Positions 1-8,294 of a DNA stretch of 32,411 nucleotides are shown here, in pieces (the stretch's first letter is position 1; every line of letters begins with the position of its first letter). Location: the NCBI GenBank assembly GCA_021201175.1, contig JAJQFK010000225.1, forward strand, positions 1 to 32,411, written 5' to 3'. This stretch comes from Candidatus Gastranaerophilales bacterium (lineage in GTDB: Bacteria; Cyanobacteriota; Vampirovibrionia; Gastranaerophilales; Gastranaerophilaceae). The notes under the pieces were generated by a model, which ran no database searches, was not told where the DNA came from, and worked only from the letters and a program-made list of their open reading frames with translations. A program made the position numbers and the translations under genes.

Positions 1-2
1 GT

Positions 3-416
3 TCTGAATGTTCGGTAGAACTTGGCGGAGCATGTTTTGGCAGTGCATTTAAACCCACTGCTATATCTGATTGTTCTGAATCAAACAGAAGCGCACTTGG
101 AATAAAATACGCATGTTATTATTCAAATGATTACTGGGCAGGGGCGGTTGAAGCATGCGGAGGTGTCGCAAACATGCCGACGACTTCTGAACTTAAATCA
201 TTAGCAAGTGAGTTATGGAGTGGTGGAAAATACGACAGTGAAAAAGCTACTTCTATAGGGCTTCCTACAAGCGGCAGTTTCCGCGTATGGTCGTCGAATG
301 AGAGCAGTGCGAGCTACACATACGACGTGGAAATCTCGTCTTCGAGATCGAATACTACTACGTTCCACGTCACTCGAAACCGCACAACGCCATACGCGCT
401 TTGCAGGGGTGATTAA
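3..416 (+). CDS. 3' end of a gene that runs off the left edge; C-terminal DUF1566/Lcl-like (C-type-lectin-fold) domain protein
   Basis: Frame 3 is open from nt 3 to TAA at 414-416, so the track's Met at 174 is internal. The translation ...DYWAGAVEACGGVANMPTTSELKSLASELW...FRVWSSNESS...YALCRGD fits the DUF1566-type pattern: W-x-x-A-x-x-C, then (L)P-T-x-x-E-L-x-x-L, then WSS, then C-R. The same pattern occurs twice in the 624-aa protein at 18900-20774. Confidence 0.6.
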   Translation, partial: SECSVELGGACFGSAFKPTAISDCSESNRSALGIKYACYYSNDYWAGAVEACGGVANMPTTSELKSLASELWSGGKYDSEKATSIGLPTSGSFRVWSSNESSASYTYDVEISSSRSNTTTFHVTRNRTTPYALCRGD

Positions 417-520
417 GTGGGGTTTTATTTTTGCATAGATAGCTGCAAGCGTGCTTTTTTTTCACAATAACTGTAGTTGTTAATGTTTTGCACTTCCAAT
501 CAGATTATTCATCCTTTCAG

Positions 521-548
521 TTGATTAATATTTGTAAAATGCTATAAT
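521..548 (+). promoter_or_regulatory. sigma70-type promoter with extended -10
   Basis: TTGATT (521-526), a 16-nt spacer, then TGcTATAAT (TG at 540-541, TATAAT at 543-548). It lies directly upstream of the two small ORFs. Confidence 0.4.
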
Positions 549-555
549 GTAGCGT

Positions 556-642
556 ATGAACTCAATTTTGTATACGGAAAAATTAAATACTCTTAGAAAC
601 GAAATGTCGCACCTTTGGAGCGGAACTTTGGAGGTAGATTAA
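556..642 (+). CDS. possible 28-aa leaderless small ORF (MNSILYTEKLNTLRNEMSHLWSGTLEVD), or alternatively a 5' UTR
   Basis: The ATG at 556 lies 7 nt after the -10 box, about where the transcription start is expected. Its stop overlaps the next start as TAATG at 640-644. There is no SD and I recognise no homology. Confidence 0.2.
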   Translation: MNSILYTEKLNTLRNEMSHLWSGTLEVD

Positions 643-758
643 TGAATTTAACAACAATTTCCCAATTTAGTGCATTTGCGGCAATGCTTATTTTAGGTAT
701 TTTTTGTTTTTATAATTTTTACAAACAGGACAGTAGTTTTTTTAAAGACAAGCACTAA
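642..758 (+). CDS. 38-aa small membrane peptide (MNLTTISQFSAFAAMLILGIFCFYNFYKQDSSFFKDKH)
   Basis: A strong GGAGG sits 7 nt upstream of the ATG at 642. The peptide has a single hydrophobic helix followed by a charged tail, and stops at TAA 756-758. It is below the ORF-track length cutoff. Confidence 0.4.
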   Translation: MNLTTISQFSAFAAMLILGIFCFYNFYKQDSSFFKDKH

Positions 759-902
759 GCATACCTCGTTTTAGCTCTGACTTTTTATTGCCGGCGGCGG
801 TACGGATTCAGAATTGCCGTAGATAGAATTAGAATATGAAGCGTCAATAGAAAAGTATTGCAGAATAAATTCATATAATTTATGCAAAAATATTTGTTGA
901 GT

Positions 903-2252
903 TTATATATCAACATCTTTCATCATTGATATTAAAGTAGAAATAGTAGAGTCCATTGTTACGCTATCTGACGTTCTTTGTTGTAAAAAAGCATTAATTT
1001 GAGGCATTAGTTCAATTGCCAAATCTAATTTTGGATTTGAGCCGGGGTTATACATTCCTACGTCAATCAGGTCTTTGTTTTCTCTGTGTAAAGCCATTAA
1101 TTTTCTCATTTTATAGGCAGATTGTTTATGTTCCTCTGAAACAATTTCGGTAAATAAACGACTGACACTGCCAAGAACATCTATTGCGGGATAATGGTTC
1201 ATTTCTGCGATTTTTCTCGAAAGGAAAATATGTCCGTCAACAATTCCTCTTACTGTATCAACAACCGGATCATTGATATCATCACCTTCCATTAATACTG
1301 TATATAGTGCCGTAATAGAGCCGCGTTCGCTATTGCCGGTTCGTTCTAAAACCTTTTGAAGCCATGAAAATATTGATGGCGGATAACCTTTAATCGTCGG
1401 CGGTTCTCCGGTAGACAAGCCGACCTCTCTGCCTGCCATAGCACATCTTGTTACGGTATCTGTCATTAAAAATACTTTTTTGCCCTTATCCCTAAAATAT
1501 TCACATACTGCTGTTGCCGACAGCAAACATTTTTGTCTTATTAAAGGCGGCTGATCTCCCGTAGAACACACAAGGACAGATTTTTTCATGCCCGCTTCGC
1601 CAAGAGAATTTTCTACAAATTCTTTAACTTCTCTGCCTCGTTCTCCTATTAAAGCAACAACATTTACATCTGCATCGGAGTTTCTTGCAATCATACCGAG
1701 CATAGTACTTTTCCCGACTCCGGAACCGGCAAACAATCCCATACGCTGCCCCGCTCCGAGTGTAAGCAATGAATCTATCGCTCTGACACCCGTTGAAAAC
1801 ATTGTTTTTATAATAGGTCTTTCAAATGCTCCCGGAGGCGGATTATCAATAGGTACCATCTTTGCGCCGCGTGTATCAAGGGGTTTGCCGTCTATTGGCT
1901 CGCCTAAAGGACTTATTAGTCTACCCAGAAGGAAATCTCCCATCGGAATTTTTATAGGTTCTCCGCCGGTTTCAACAAGACTTCCCTGTCCTATACCCGC
2001 CCCGTCATATAATAATAACAATTGCGCACTATCCCCTTTAAATGCAACTACTTCTGCGGGTTTCTTTTCTCCGGTATAGGTTTCTATATAACATAAGTCG
2101 CCCAGTTTTAACCCCGGCAGTTTTACTTCTACCGTTAATCCCAGTAATTTTGACACTGTTCCTTTATATGAATACAATTTTGTTGATTGTATTGTTTCAT
2201 AAGCCTGTTTTTTTACAAATTCTATTGATTTTTCTATATTTTGATTCAACAT
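903..2252 (-). CDS. fliI: flagellar type III export ATPase FliI
   Basis: 449 aa. Walker A GSGVGKST, then ...VVALIGERGREVKEF... and ...FLMTDTVTRCAMAGREV..., typical of FliI/YscN/F1-beta ATPases. Last gene of the flagellar operon. Confidence 0.9.
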   Translation of the reverse strand: MLNQNIEKSIEFVKKQAYETIQSTKLYSYKGTVSKLLGLTVEVKLPGLKLGDLCYIETYTGEKKPAEVVAFKGDSAQLLLLYDGAGIGQGSLVETGGEPIKIPMGDFLLGRLISPLGEPIDGKPLDTRGAKMVPIDNPPPGAFERPIIKTMFSTGVRAIDSLLTLGAGQRMGLFAGSGVGKSTMLGMIARNSDADVNVVALIGERGREVKEFVENSLGEAGMKKSVLVCSTGDQPPLIRQKCLLSATAVCEYFRDKGKKVFLMTDTVTRCAMAGREVGLSTGEPPTIKGYPPSIFSWLQKVLERTGNSERGSITALYTVLMEGDDINDPVVDTVRGIVDGHIFLSRKIAEMNHYPAIDVLGSVSRLFTEIVSEEHKQSAYKMRKLMALHRENKDLIDVGMYNPGSNPKLDLAIELMPQINAFLQQRTSDSVTMDSTISTLISMMKDVDI

Positions 2253-2257
2253 TTATT

Positions 2258-4360
2258 TTACCCGAAATTATAATTTACCGATTCGCCGATTGTATCTACC
2301 GCTTCAACTCTTATATCTGTTATTAATTCCGAATAGGAAATGACAACTATTGTAGGAATATGACGTTCTAAAAGCTGATATAAAGGAAGTCTTATTCTTG
2401 GAGAACATAATATTACCGGCTGAACATTTATACTTTGATGTGCCCTGATTAGGGTAGAAGCTGCCGACTCAATAAGTTCTTGAACTTGCAATGGGTTTAA
2501 TAAGAACATGGTTCCCAATTCTGTTCTTTGGCAACTGTCATCAAGTGTTTTTTCCCATTCCGGCGATAAGGTTAAAGCATATAATATCTTGTCTTTTGTA
2601 CAATGAGCAAGGCATATCTGACGTCCTAATGCAGCCCTTAAACGTTCGGACAATATATCCGGTTCTTTTGAAAATCTTGCATAATCACACAATCTTTCAA
2701 AAATAAATATGATATCTTTAATAGAAACTTTCTCTCTTATCAGGTTAACAAAAATCTTTCTTAAATCACTTGTGGAGATAATGGCGGGAACAAGGTCATT
2801 TACCAGTGTCGGATCCTGATTTTTAACAAGTTCCATAAGTTTAAGTACATCAGTCTTTGTCATAATTTCATCTACATATTTTCTTACACAATCCTGCAAG
2901 TGAGTAATAATTACGTCAACAGAGTCAACAGCCGTAACTTCTTTCTGTGTTTTTAAGAAATCCGTAGGCATCCAGTATGCTTGAGTTTGGAATGTCGGAT
3001 CAATACCTATAATAGCATCTTTCGGTACTTCTTTACCTGCTGCATCCCACTGATCTGCTATTACCATACTTTTTTTAGGGTAAACAGTTCCCATTGCAAC
3101 CGTATTTCCGCGTACAGAAATCATGTATTCATTTACACCGATGGCAGAAGAATCCATTATTCTTATATTAGGAATAATATAACCAAGTTCATCAGTTACA
3201 CGCTGTCTTAAAGCCGCAATTTTTGGAAGCAATAAGCCGTCCTGTTCAGGGTCTGCAATTTCAAGCAGCCCTGTTCCTACCTGTAAGTTTAGGACATCAA
3301 CCCCTAATCTTTCATACATTCTGTTCGGGTTTGTTAAGTCGCTCATACTCTTTTTAACAGACTCTAATTGTCCTAATTGTGATTGTACATCTTTATTTAC
3401 TGATACAATTAAATATGCCGCCATTATTACAAGTGAATATACGGTAAATGTGTACCACGGCAGACCTGTTATAAAACCTGTTGCCGCAATTATGAGTAAG
3501 AAAACTACAGTAAAAATCAAACTTGAAGGTTTATTTAAAATTTGGCTGGCTAAATCTCCGCCCAATGAACCTCCGGAAGCGGTAGAACGGGTCATAACGA
3601 TACCGGCAGCTACCGACATCAACAATGACGGAAGCTGTGAAGCAAGTCCGTCGCCGACTGTTAATACAGTGTATTTCTGAACGGCTTCTCCTACAGGCAT
3701 GCCCTGCATTAATACACCTATTGTTAATCCGCCTACAATGTTAATTACAACGATGATGATACCCGCCATTGTATCACCTTTTACAAACTTCATTGCACCG
3801 TCCATTGAACCGTATAAGTTTGACTCACGCGCTAAATCATCACGTCTTTTTGCTGCTTCATCCGGTGATATTAACCCTTGATTAAAATCACCGTCTATTT
3901 GCATTTGTTTTCCGGGCATAGCATCTAATGCAAACCTTGCGGAAACTTCGGCTATACGTTCTGACCCCTTTGTTATTACCATAAACTGGACTATTGTTAT
4001 TATTATGAATATTACAAAACCAACTATTAAATTACCTCCTGTTACGAAATTTCCAAATGCATCAATTACTTCTCCGGCTTCTCCTTTGGAAAGAATTAAT
4101 CTTGTTGATGCGATTGAAAGTACAAGTCTAAACATTGTACCTATCAATATTATTGAAGGAAATGATGCCAGTTCCAAAGGACGTTGAATATATAATGAAA
4201 TCATCACAAGCAATATCCCGAGTGTGATATTGAAACTTATTGCAAAGTTAACAACTATCGGCGGCAATTCACAAATCAGCAAAACTATAAGCAATATTAC
4301 AAATATTGCCAGCGAAATTTCACTTACTATTGATGATTTTGCTCCTTGCGGCTGCGCCAT
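2258..4360 (-). CDS. flhA: flagellar export gate protein FlhA
   Basis: 700 aa. N-terminal polytopic region with FPSIILIGTMFRLVLSIASTRLIL and FVKGDTMAGIII motifs, plus a large cytoplasmic C-domain. It starts 6 nt after the fliH stop and ends 5 nt before the fliI start. Confidence 0.9.
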   Translation of the reverse strand: MAQPQGAKSSIVSEISLAIFVILLIVLLICELPPIVVNFAISFNITLGILLVMISLYIQRPLELASFPSIILIGTMFRLVLSIASTRLILSKGEAGEVIDAFGNFVTGGNLIVGFVIFIIITIVQFMVITKGSERIAEVSARFALDAMPGKQMQIDGDFNQGLISPDEAAKRRDDLARESNLYGSMDGAMKFVKGDTMAGIIIVVINIVGGLTIGVLMQGMPVGEAVQKYTVLTVGDGLASQLPSLLMSVAAGIVMTRSTASGGSLGGDLASQILNKPSSLIFTVVFLLIIAATGFITGLPWYTFTVYSLVIMAAYLIVSVNKDVQSQLGQLESVKKSMSDLTNPNRMYERLGVDVLNLQVGTGLLEIADPEQDGLLLPKIAALRQRVTDELGYIIPNIRIMDSSAIGVNEYMISVRGNTVAMGTVYPKKSMVIADQWDAAGKEVPKDAIIGIDPTFQTQAYWMPTDFLKTQKEVTAVDSVDVIITHLQDCVRKYVDEIMTKTDVLKLMELVKNQDPTLVNDLVPAIISTSDLRKIFVNLIREKVSIKDIIFIFERLCDYARFSKEPDILSERLRAALGRQICLAHCTKDKILYALTLSPEWEKTLDDSCQRTELGTMFLLNPLQVQELIESAASTLIRAHQSINVQPVILCSPRIRLPLYQLLERHIPTIVVISYSELITDIRVEAVDTIGESVNYNFG

Positions 4361-4366
4361 ATACTA

Positions 4367-5170
4367 TTATTCTTTCTGTTTTTTTAATGCATTTTCTATT
4401 ATAGAAAGCTGTGTTTCTATTGAAGCATCTATTATTCCGTTTGAAGTTTCTACTATAACTCCGCCTTCTTTTATTGTATTATCCGGTACTACCGATATTT
4501 TAGCTTCAAAATACTTACCGGAAAATATTTCTTCTATATTGTCTTTTACCAATTCTACATCTTTTGGCATTACTTTTAATGTTATTTTTTCTTCTGTCTT
4601 ATTTATTTCTTCAACTACTCCTTTTATTATGTTGACAGTTATATTGTTGTCTGTTTCAATTTCTTTATTAAGAATTTTTTTTGCCATTTCAACGGAAATA
4701 TCAAGAATACATTCGGAAACTTTGTTAAATAATTCTTCTTTACAATCAAAGAAATCTGCAATTTTATTTCTTATTTCCTGCAAATCTTCTTTTGCTTTTG
4801 CAATTCCTTCATTATATCCTTCTGTTTTTGCAGCTTCTTTAATATTTAAAGCATCCTGCTGTGCTCTTGAAATTACATTTCTATCCTGAGTTCTTCTGTA
4901 ACCGCGCCTTCTTGAACCCTCGCGGCGTTCTTCCCTTTGTTCAAATTGGACATCCGTAATATTTAAATCAAAATCATCAGGTTTTTCCGGAGTTTCTTTC
5001 TGTTTCTCAACGGGAGGTTTTTCGGGTAATATTTCTTTTTTCAAATCTATGTCAGGTTCCGGTTGACGGGGAATTTTTTTTTCAACGGGAACAGGAGGAA
5101 TTTCCTTAATTTTTTGTTCGGAATCCTCCAACGGCTTTTTTATTTGTGTATATTTCTTTTTAATTATCAT
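4367..5170 (-). CDS. fliH: flagellar export ATPase regulator FliH (FliH/YscL family)
   Basis: 267 aa. Low-complexity P/E/K-rich N-terminus, a coiled region, and a C-terminus ...GGVIVETSNGIIDASIETQLSIIENAL characteristic of FliH. Overlaps the upstream gene by 11 nt. Confidence 0.75.
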   Translation of the reverse strand: MIIKKKYTQIKKPLEDSEQKIKEIPPVPVEKKIPRQPEPDIDLKKEILPEKPPVEKQKETPEKPDDFDLNITDVQFEQREERREGSRRRGYRRTQDRNVISRAQQDALNIKEAAKTEGYNEGIAKAKEDLQEIRNKIADFFDCKEELFNKVSECILDISVEMAKKILNKEIETDNNITVNIIKGVVEEINKTEEKITLKVMPKDVELVKDNIEEIFSGKYFEAKISVVPDNTIKEGGVIVETSNGIIDASIETQLSIIENALKKQKE

Positions 5171-6155
5171 TAATTTTTTCTTCTATTGTACTTGCCAAGG
5201 ATTGTATTACGCAGGGACTAAAAACTTCCAATGAAGGGAATTCGCTGTCCAGAATAAAATCCCTTACAAATTCACGTTCATTTAATGCTGCTTTGCTCAA
5301 TTTTTCAGGAGATGACATACTTATTAGTTTATAATATCTTTTTAAGATTGCTCCTGCATTTATTTTGTCAGATTCGGGAAGTATTTTCTTTATTTCTTCT
5401 AAAGATTTTATTATTATATTATGGTCAATTTTATCTTCAATATTGCTCATTTTCATATAATTTATAACATGTTTTACATCCTTTTTATCTAAAGAAGATA
5501 ATATTTCTTCCGCTTTTTGTTTTGGTAATTTTTTTAACACAATTGCAAGAGCCGCAAGTTTTAATACTTTTTTCTCGGAATCAGCAGGAGGAGTATCCGA
5601 TGGTTGTGCTGCATTAGCAAGCATTGATTCATCTTCTGTTTTTTCAACCATATCATTTAAATTGGAAGTACTAATTGCTTTTTTATACTGAGCTTCTGAA
5701 AGAACACCTTTTTTTACAAGTTTTTGCAATTCCGCATTATAAACATTTTTTACTTTTTCCTCTATTAGATTTATCATAGTATCTTGAGGCATTTTTTTTA
5801 TTATTGCTAATTTAGCGGTATTAAAAATATTTGCAGCTATAACTTGCAGAATTGCTTCTCTGTTTTGCGGCGGGATTTTTCCGTTAATTAAATCAACGGA
5901 TTTATGAAAAGTCCACTCGCCTATAAACTGGGTAACTAAACTCGCATTTTGTGCCGTAAATTTTAGCTGTGCATCATTACTGAGGGCTTCTCCCGCCATC
6001 AATGAAAATTTACGTACTGTTTCTACAATAGTCTTTTTTTCTGCATCAGTCAGGGTTGAAGGTGCCGCATTTGTACCGGGTTTTACCAGTACCTCCATTG
6101 CTTGTTTCGCTAAATCTAAAGCAAATGCTTTATAATCAAACCCTTCTATAGGCAT
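5160..6155 (-). CDS. protein in the fliG position; divergent FliG-like helical (ARM/MgtE_N-like) repeat protein
   Basis: 331 aa, which is FliG length, between fliF and fliH, with a good AGAGGA RBS. Residues ~194-258 (KKVLKLAALAIVLKKLPKQKAEEILSSLDKKDVKHVINYM...SLEEI) and more weakly ~99-135 resemble the FliG_N helix pattern AAILLLSLG-EE-AA-EVLK-L-EEV. I could not find EHPQ, MFVFED or the charged torque helix. Confidence 0.45.
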   Translation of the reverse strand: MPIEGFDYKAFALDLAKQAMEVLVKPGTNAAPSTLTDAEKKTIVETVRKFSLMAGEALSNDAQLKFTAQNASLVTQFIGEWTFHKSVDLINGKIPPQNREAILQVIAANIFNTAKLAIIKKMPQDTMINLIEEKVKNVYNAELQKLVKKGVLSEAQYKKAISTSNLNDMVEKTEDESMLANAAQPSDTPPADSEKKVLKLAALAIVLKKLPKQKAEEILSSLDKKDVKHVINYMKMSNIEDKIDHNIIIKSLEEIKKILPESDKINAGAILKRYYKLISMSSPEKLSKAALNEREFVRDFILDSEFPSLEVFSPCVIQSLASTIEEKINDN

Positions 6156-6175
6156 TTTATCCTCTTATCCCCCTT

Positions 6176-7834
6176 TTAGGATTTTTCAATCCAACTCTTT
6201 AATTCTTTTACGGCTTTTGCGCTGTCACTGTTTGCTATTTCAGAAGATACTTCTTCTATTACTTCATCTAAAGATACACTTTGTTTATCCGATTTTTTTT
6301 CAAGCTGTAATTGTTTTTGCTGTTCCAATAATTCTTGAGTTAATATAGTTTGTTTTTCTATTAACTCAGCCGCTTTTAAATTAACATCAACAATTTGTTT
6401 TTCCTGTTCTGTTGTTTTTTGTTTTAATTGTTTGAGCTGTTCTTCTTGTTCAGACGAAGAATCTTTTAATTTTTTATGAACAAAAACAAAGCCTACAACC
6501 AAACCTGCTATCATTAATACAATAGCAAGCCACCACGGATTTCCGGATTCTGCCGGTACAGGCAGATTAACAGGACGGTCTGAAGCCAAATAAGGGTCAA
6601 TTGTTTCTGCGTATGCTATAGATACATCGCTTGCGGATACTTTTGGAGAAGCAGCTCTTGCAATCTGCGCTTTTAATTCTTCTTCTGTCATATTTGCAGG
6701 CATTGCATCTGCATTCATTGTAACCGCAACTGAAATTTTTTCTATTATTCCGGTTTTATAATACTTTGTCTTATGAACTTTACCTACACCATAGTTTGTT
6801 TCAGAAGCAACTCTTGAATAACTTTTGTTTTGCGAAGATGTTGAAGTCGAGTTTTGAAGTCCGTTTGGCAGATATACACTAACGGCATCAGACCCTTTGC
6901 TTGTATCCTCTGAATTATCCCCAAGACCTTCTTTAAATGTTTGTTCTGTTAATGAGGTTTTTGATTCCGGATCATACTGAATACTTGTTTCTTCAATCGG
7001 AACCTGATTTAAAAACGTACTGACAGTTACAACATAGTTTCCGTGTCCGATAAGCATATCAAGCTGTGCGGCGACTTTGTTCTGCATATATGTATCATTT
7101 TCTTGTATTTTTGATATTTGGTCATCAATTGATTTAACAAGACTGTTGTATACATTACCGTTTGAATCGGTTATTGAAATATTTTCCGCAGTTAAATCAA
7201 CAACACTTCCAATCAGCAGACTTTTTATTGCTTTTATAACAGAAGCATCCAATCTTACTCCGCTGGCTACAGTAAGCATAACAGTGGCGCTGATTGGTTT
7301 TTTATCGGCTTTAAACATGGTATTTTCAGGTATGGAAACTAACACCGAGGCATTATCGATACCGGGCATTTGTCTTATTAATCTTGAAAGCTCGCCATTT
7401 ACAGCCCGCGCCAGTTTTATTCTTTTATCTTCCCGTGTGGAAGTAAAGTCACTTTTATCAAATATTTCAAGTCCTACATTCTGGTCAACAAGCCCGCTTT
7501 TTACCACAAGTAAAAGCGCACTATCTCTTTGAGTATTGGTATATTTACCGCCTTCCAGGAATACTGTTGTTTTAGAACCGTCCACACGTCTTTTGGCGAT
7601 TATCTGTTGCCTTGCCAATAGTGTTTGAATTTCTATTGCCTTGCCCTGATTATCGGTTGTAATAATATCAAAGGCTTCTTTTTGCACTTTGTCCTCAACT
7701 TTGCCGGCTGATGAAGATGACGAGTTTGATACGGCAATAATCACAACAATTACGATTATAAGCACAAGCGCCGATACACCGCCAATAACGGAATATAATA
7801 TTGTTTTATTTTTAAGTAGTTCCTTTATATCCAT
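6176..7834 (-). CDS. fliF: flagellar MS-ring protein FliF
   Basis: 552 aa. N-terminal TM, a YscJ/FliF-like periplasmic region (...NGELSRLIRQMPGIDNASVLVSIPE...), a second TM (WWLAIVLMIAGLVVGFVFV), and a coiled C-terminus ending ...VKELKSWIEKS, where FliG would bind. Confidence 0.85.
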   Translation of the reverse strand: MDIKELLKNKTILYSVIGGVSALVLIIVIVVIIAVSNSSSSSAGKVEDKVQKEAFDIITTDNQGKAIEIQTLLARQQIIAKRRVDGSKTTVFLEGGKYTNTQRDSALLLVVKSGLVDQNVGLEIFDKSDFTSTREDKRIKLARAVNGELSRLIRQMPGIDNASVLVSIPENTMFKADKKPISATVMLTVASGVRLDASVIKAIKSLLIGSVVDLTAENISITDSNGNVYNSLVKSIDDQISKIQENDTYMQNKVAAQLDMLIGHGNYVVTVSTFLNQVPIEETSIQYDPESKTSLTEQTFKEGLGDNSEDTSKGSDAVSVYLPNGLQNSTSTSSQNKSYSRVASETNYGVGKVHKTKYYKTGIIEKISVAVTMNADAMPANMTEEELKAQIARAASPKVSASDVSIAYAETIDPYLASDRPVNLPVPAESGNPWWLAIVLMIAGLVVGFVFVHKKLKDSSSEQEEQLKQLKQKTTEQEKQIVDVNLKAAELIEKQTILTQELLEQQKQLQLEKKSDKQSVSLDEVIEEVSSEIANSDSAKAVKELKSWIEKS

Positions 7835-7935
7835 AAAACCCTAATCTGTATACAAATATCCACTAACTATTATACTATTTTTATTAATTTTGGGGAACTT
7901 CTTAACACAATTTATTAAATTCTAACGAAAGCAAA

Positions 7936-8277
7936 CTATATAGATATGTTCATAATTGTGTTATACGCAGTTACTACCTTAGATGTAACTTGAGTTGCCA
8001 TTGTAATTCCGATTTCCGCTTTTGCAATCGCAGTCGTTATATCGTGTATATCTACATCAGAATTGCCGGACATTTGCTGATTCAGCAGTTGATCGGGTTT
8101 TTCAAGTTCATTATTTAAATTGCTTACCATTCCTGATAAAATAGTTTTAAAATCAGAACCTTCTTCTTTGTTCAACGCTCCTAACCCGAATCCTTGTTTA
8201 GAGAAATCCGACACCGGAACAGACGGAACTCCGTTTGAAAAAATATTTATATTTGGTACCAGTTTGTTATCAAGCAT
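7936..8277 (-). CDS. fliE: flagellar hook-basal body protein FliE
   Basis: 113 aa. The C-terminus ...AIAKAEIGITMATQVTSKVVTAYNTIMNISI matches the FliE consensus (A-x-l-x-x-q-x-x-x-x-v-R-n-K-x-v-x-A-Y-x-x-I-M-x-M). GAAAGG RBS. Confidence 0.8.
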   Translation of the reverse strand: MLDNKLVPNINIFSNGVPSVPVSDFSKQGFGLGALNKEEGSDFKTILSGMVSNLNNELEKPDQLLNQQMSGNSDVDIHDITTAIAKAEIGITMATQVTSKVVTAYNTIMNISI

Positions 8278-8294
8278 TTATTTTACCTTTCATT

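Noticed and set aside
405-413. C-terminal RGD tripeptide (integrin-binding motif) in the left-edge ORF
   Set aside because: A three-residue motif is expected by chance, and there is no supporting context.
1588-2326. Plus-strand ORFs 1588..2079 (163 aa) and 2042..2326 (94 aa) inside or antisense to fliI/flhA
   Set aside because: They lie entirely within well-supported minus-strand genes. Their translations are low-complexity (P/S/I/L-rich) shadow frames with no RBS.
4224-4889. 221-aa plus-strand ORF spanning the flhA/fliH junction
   Set aside because: It is antisense to two confidently called genes. Its S/I/F-rich composition is typical of the reverse frame of K/E-rich coding sequence.
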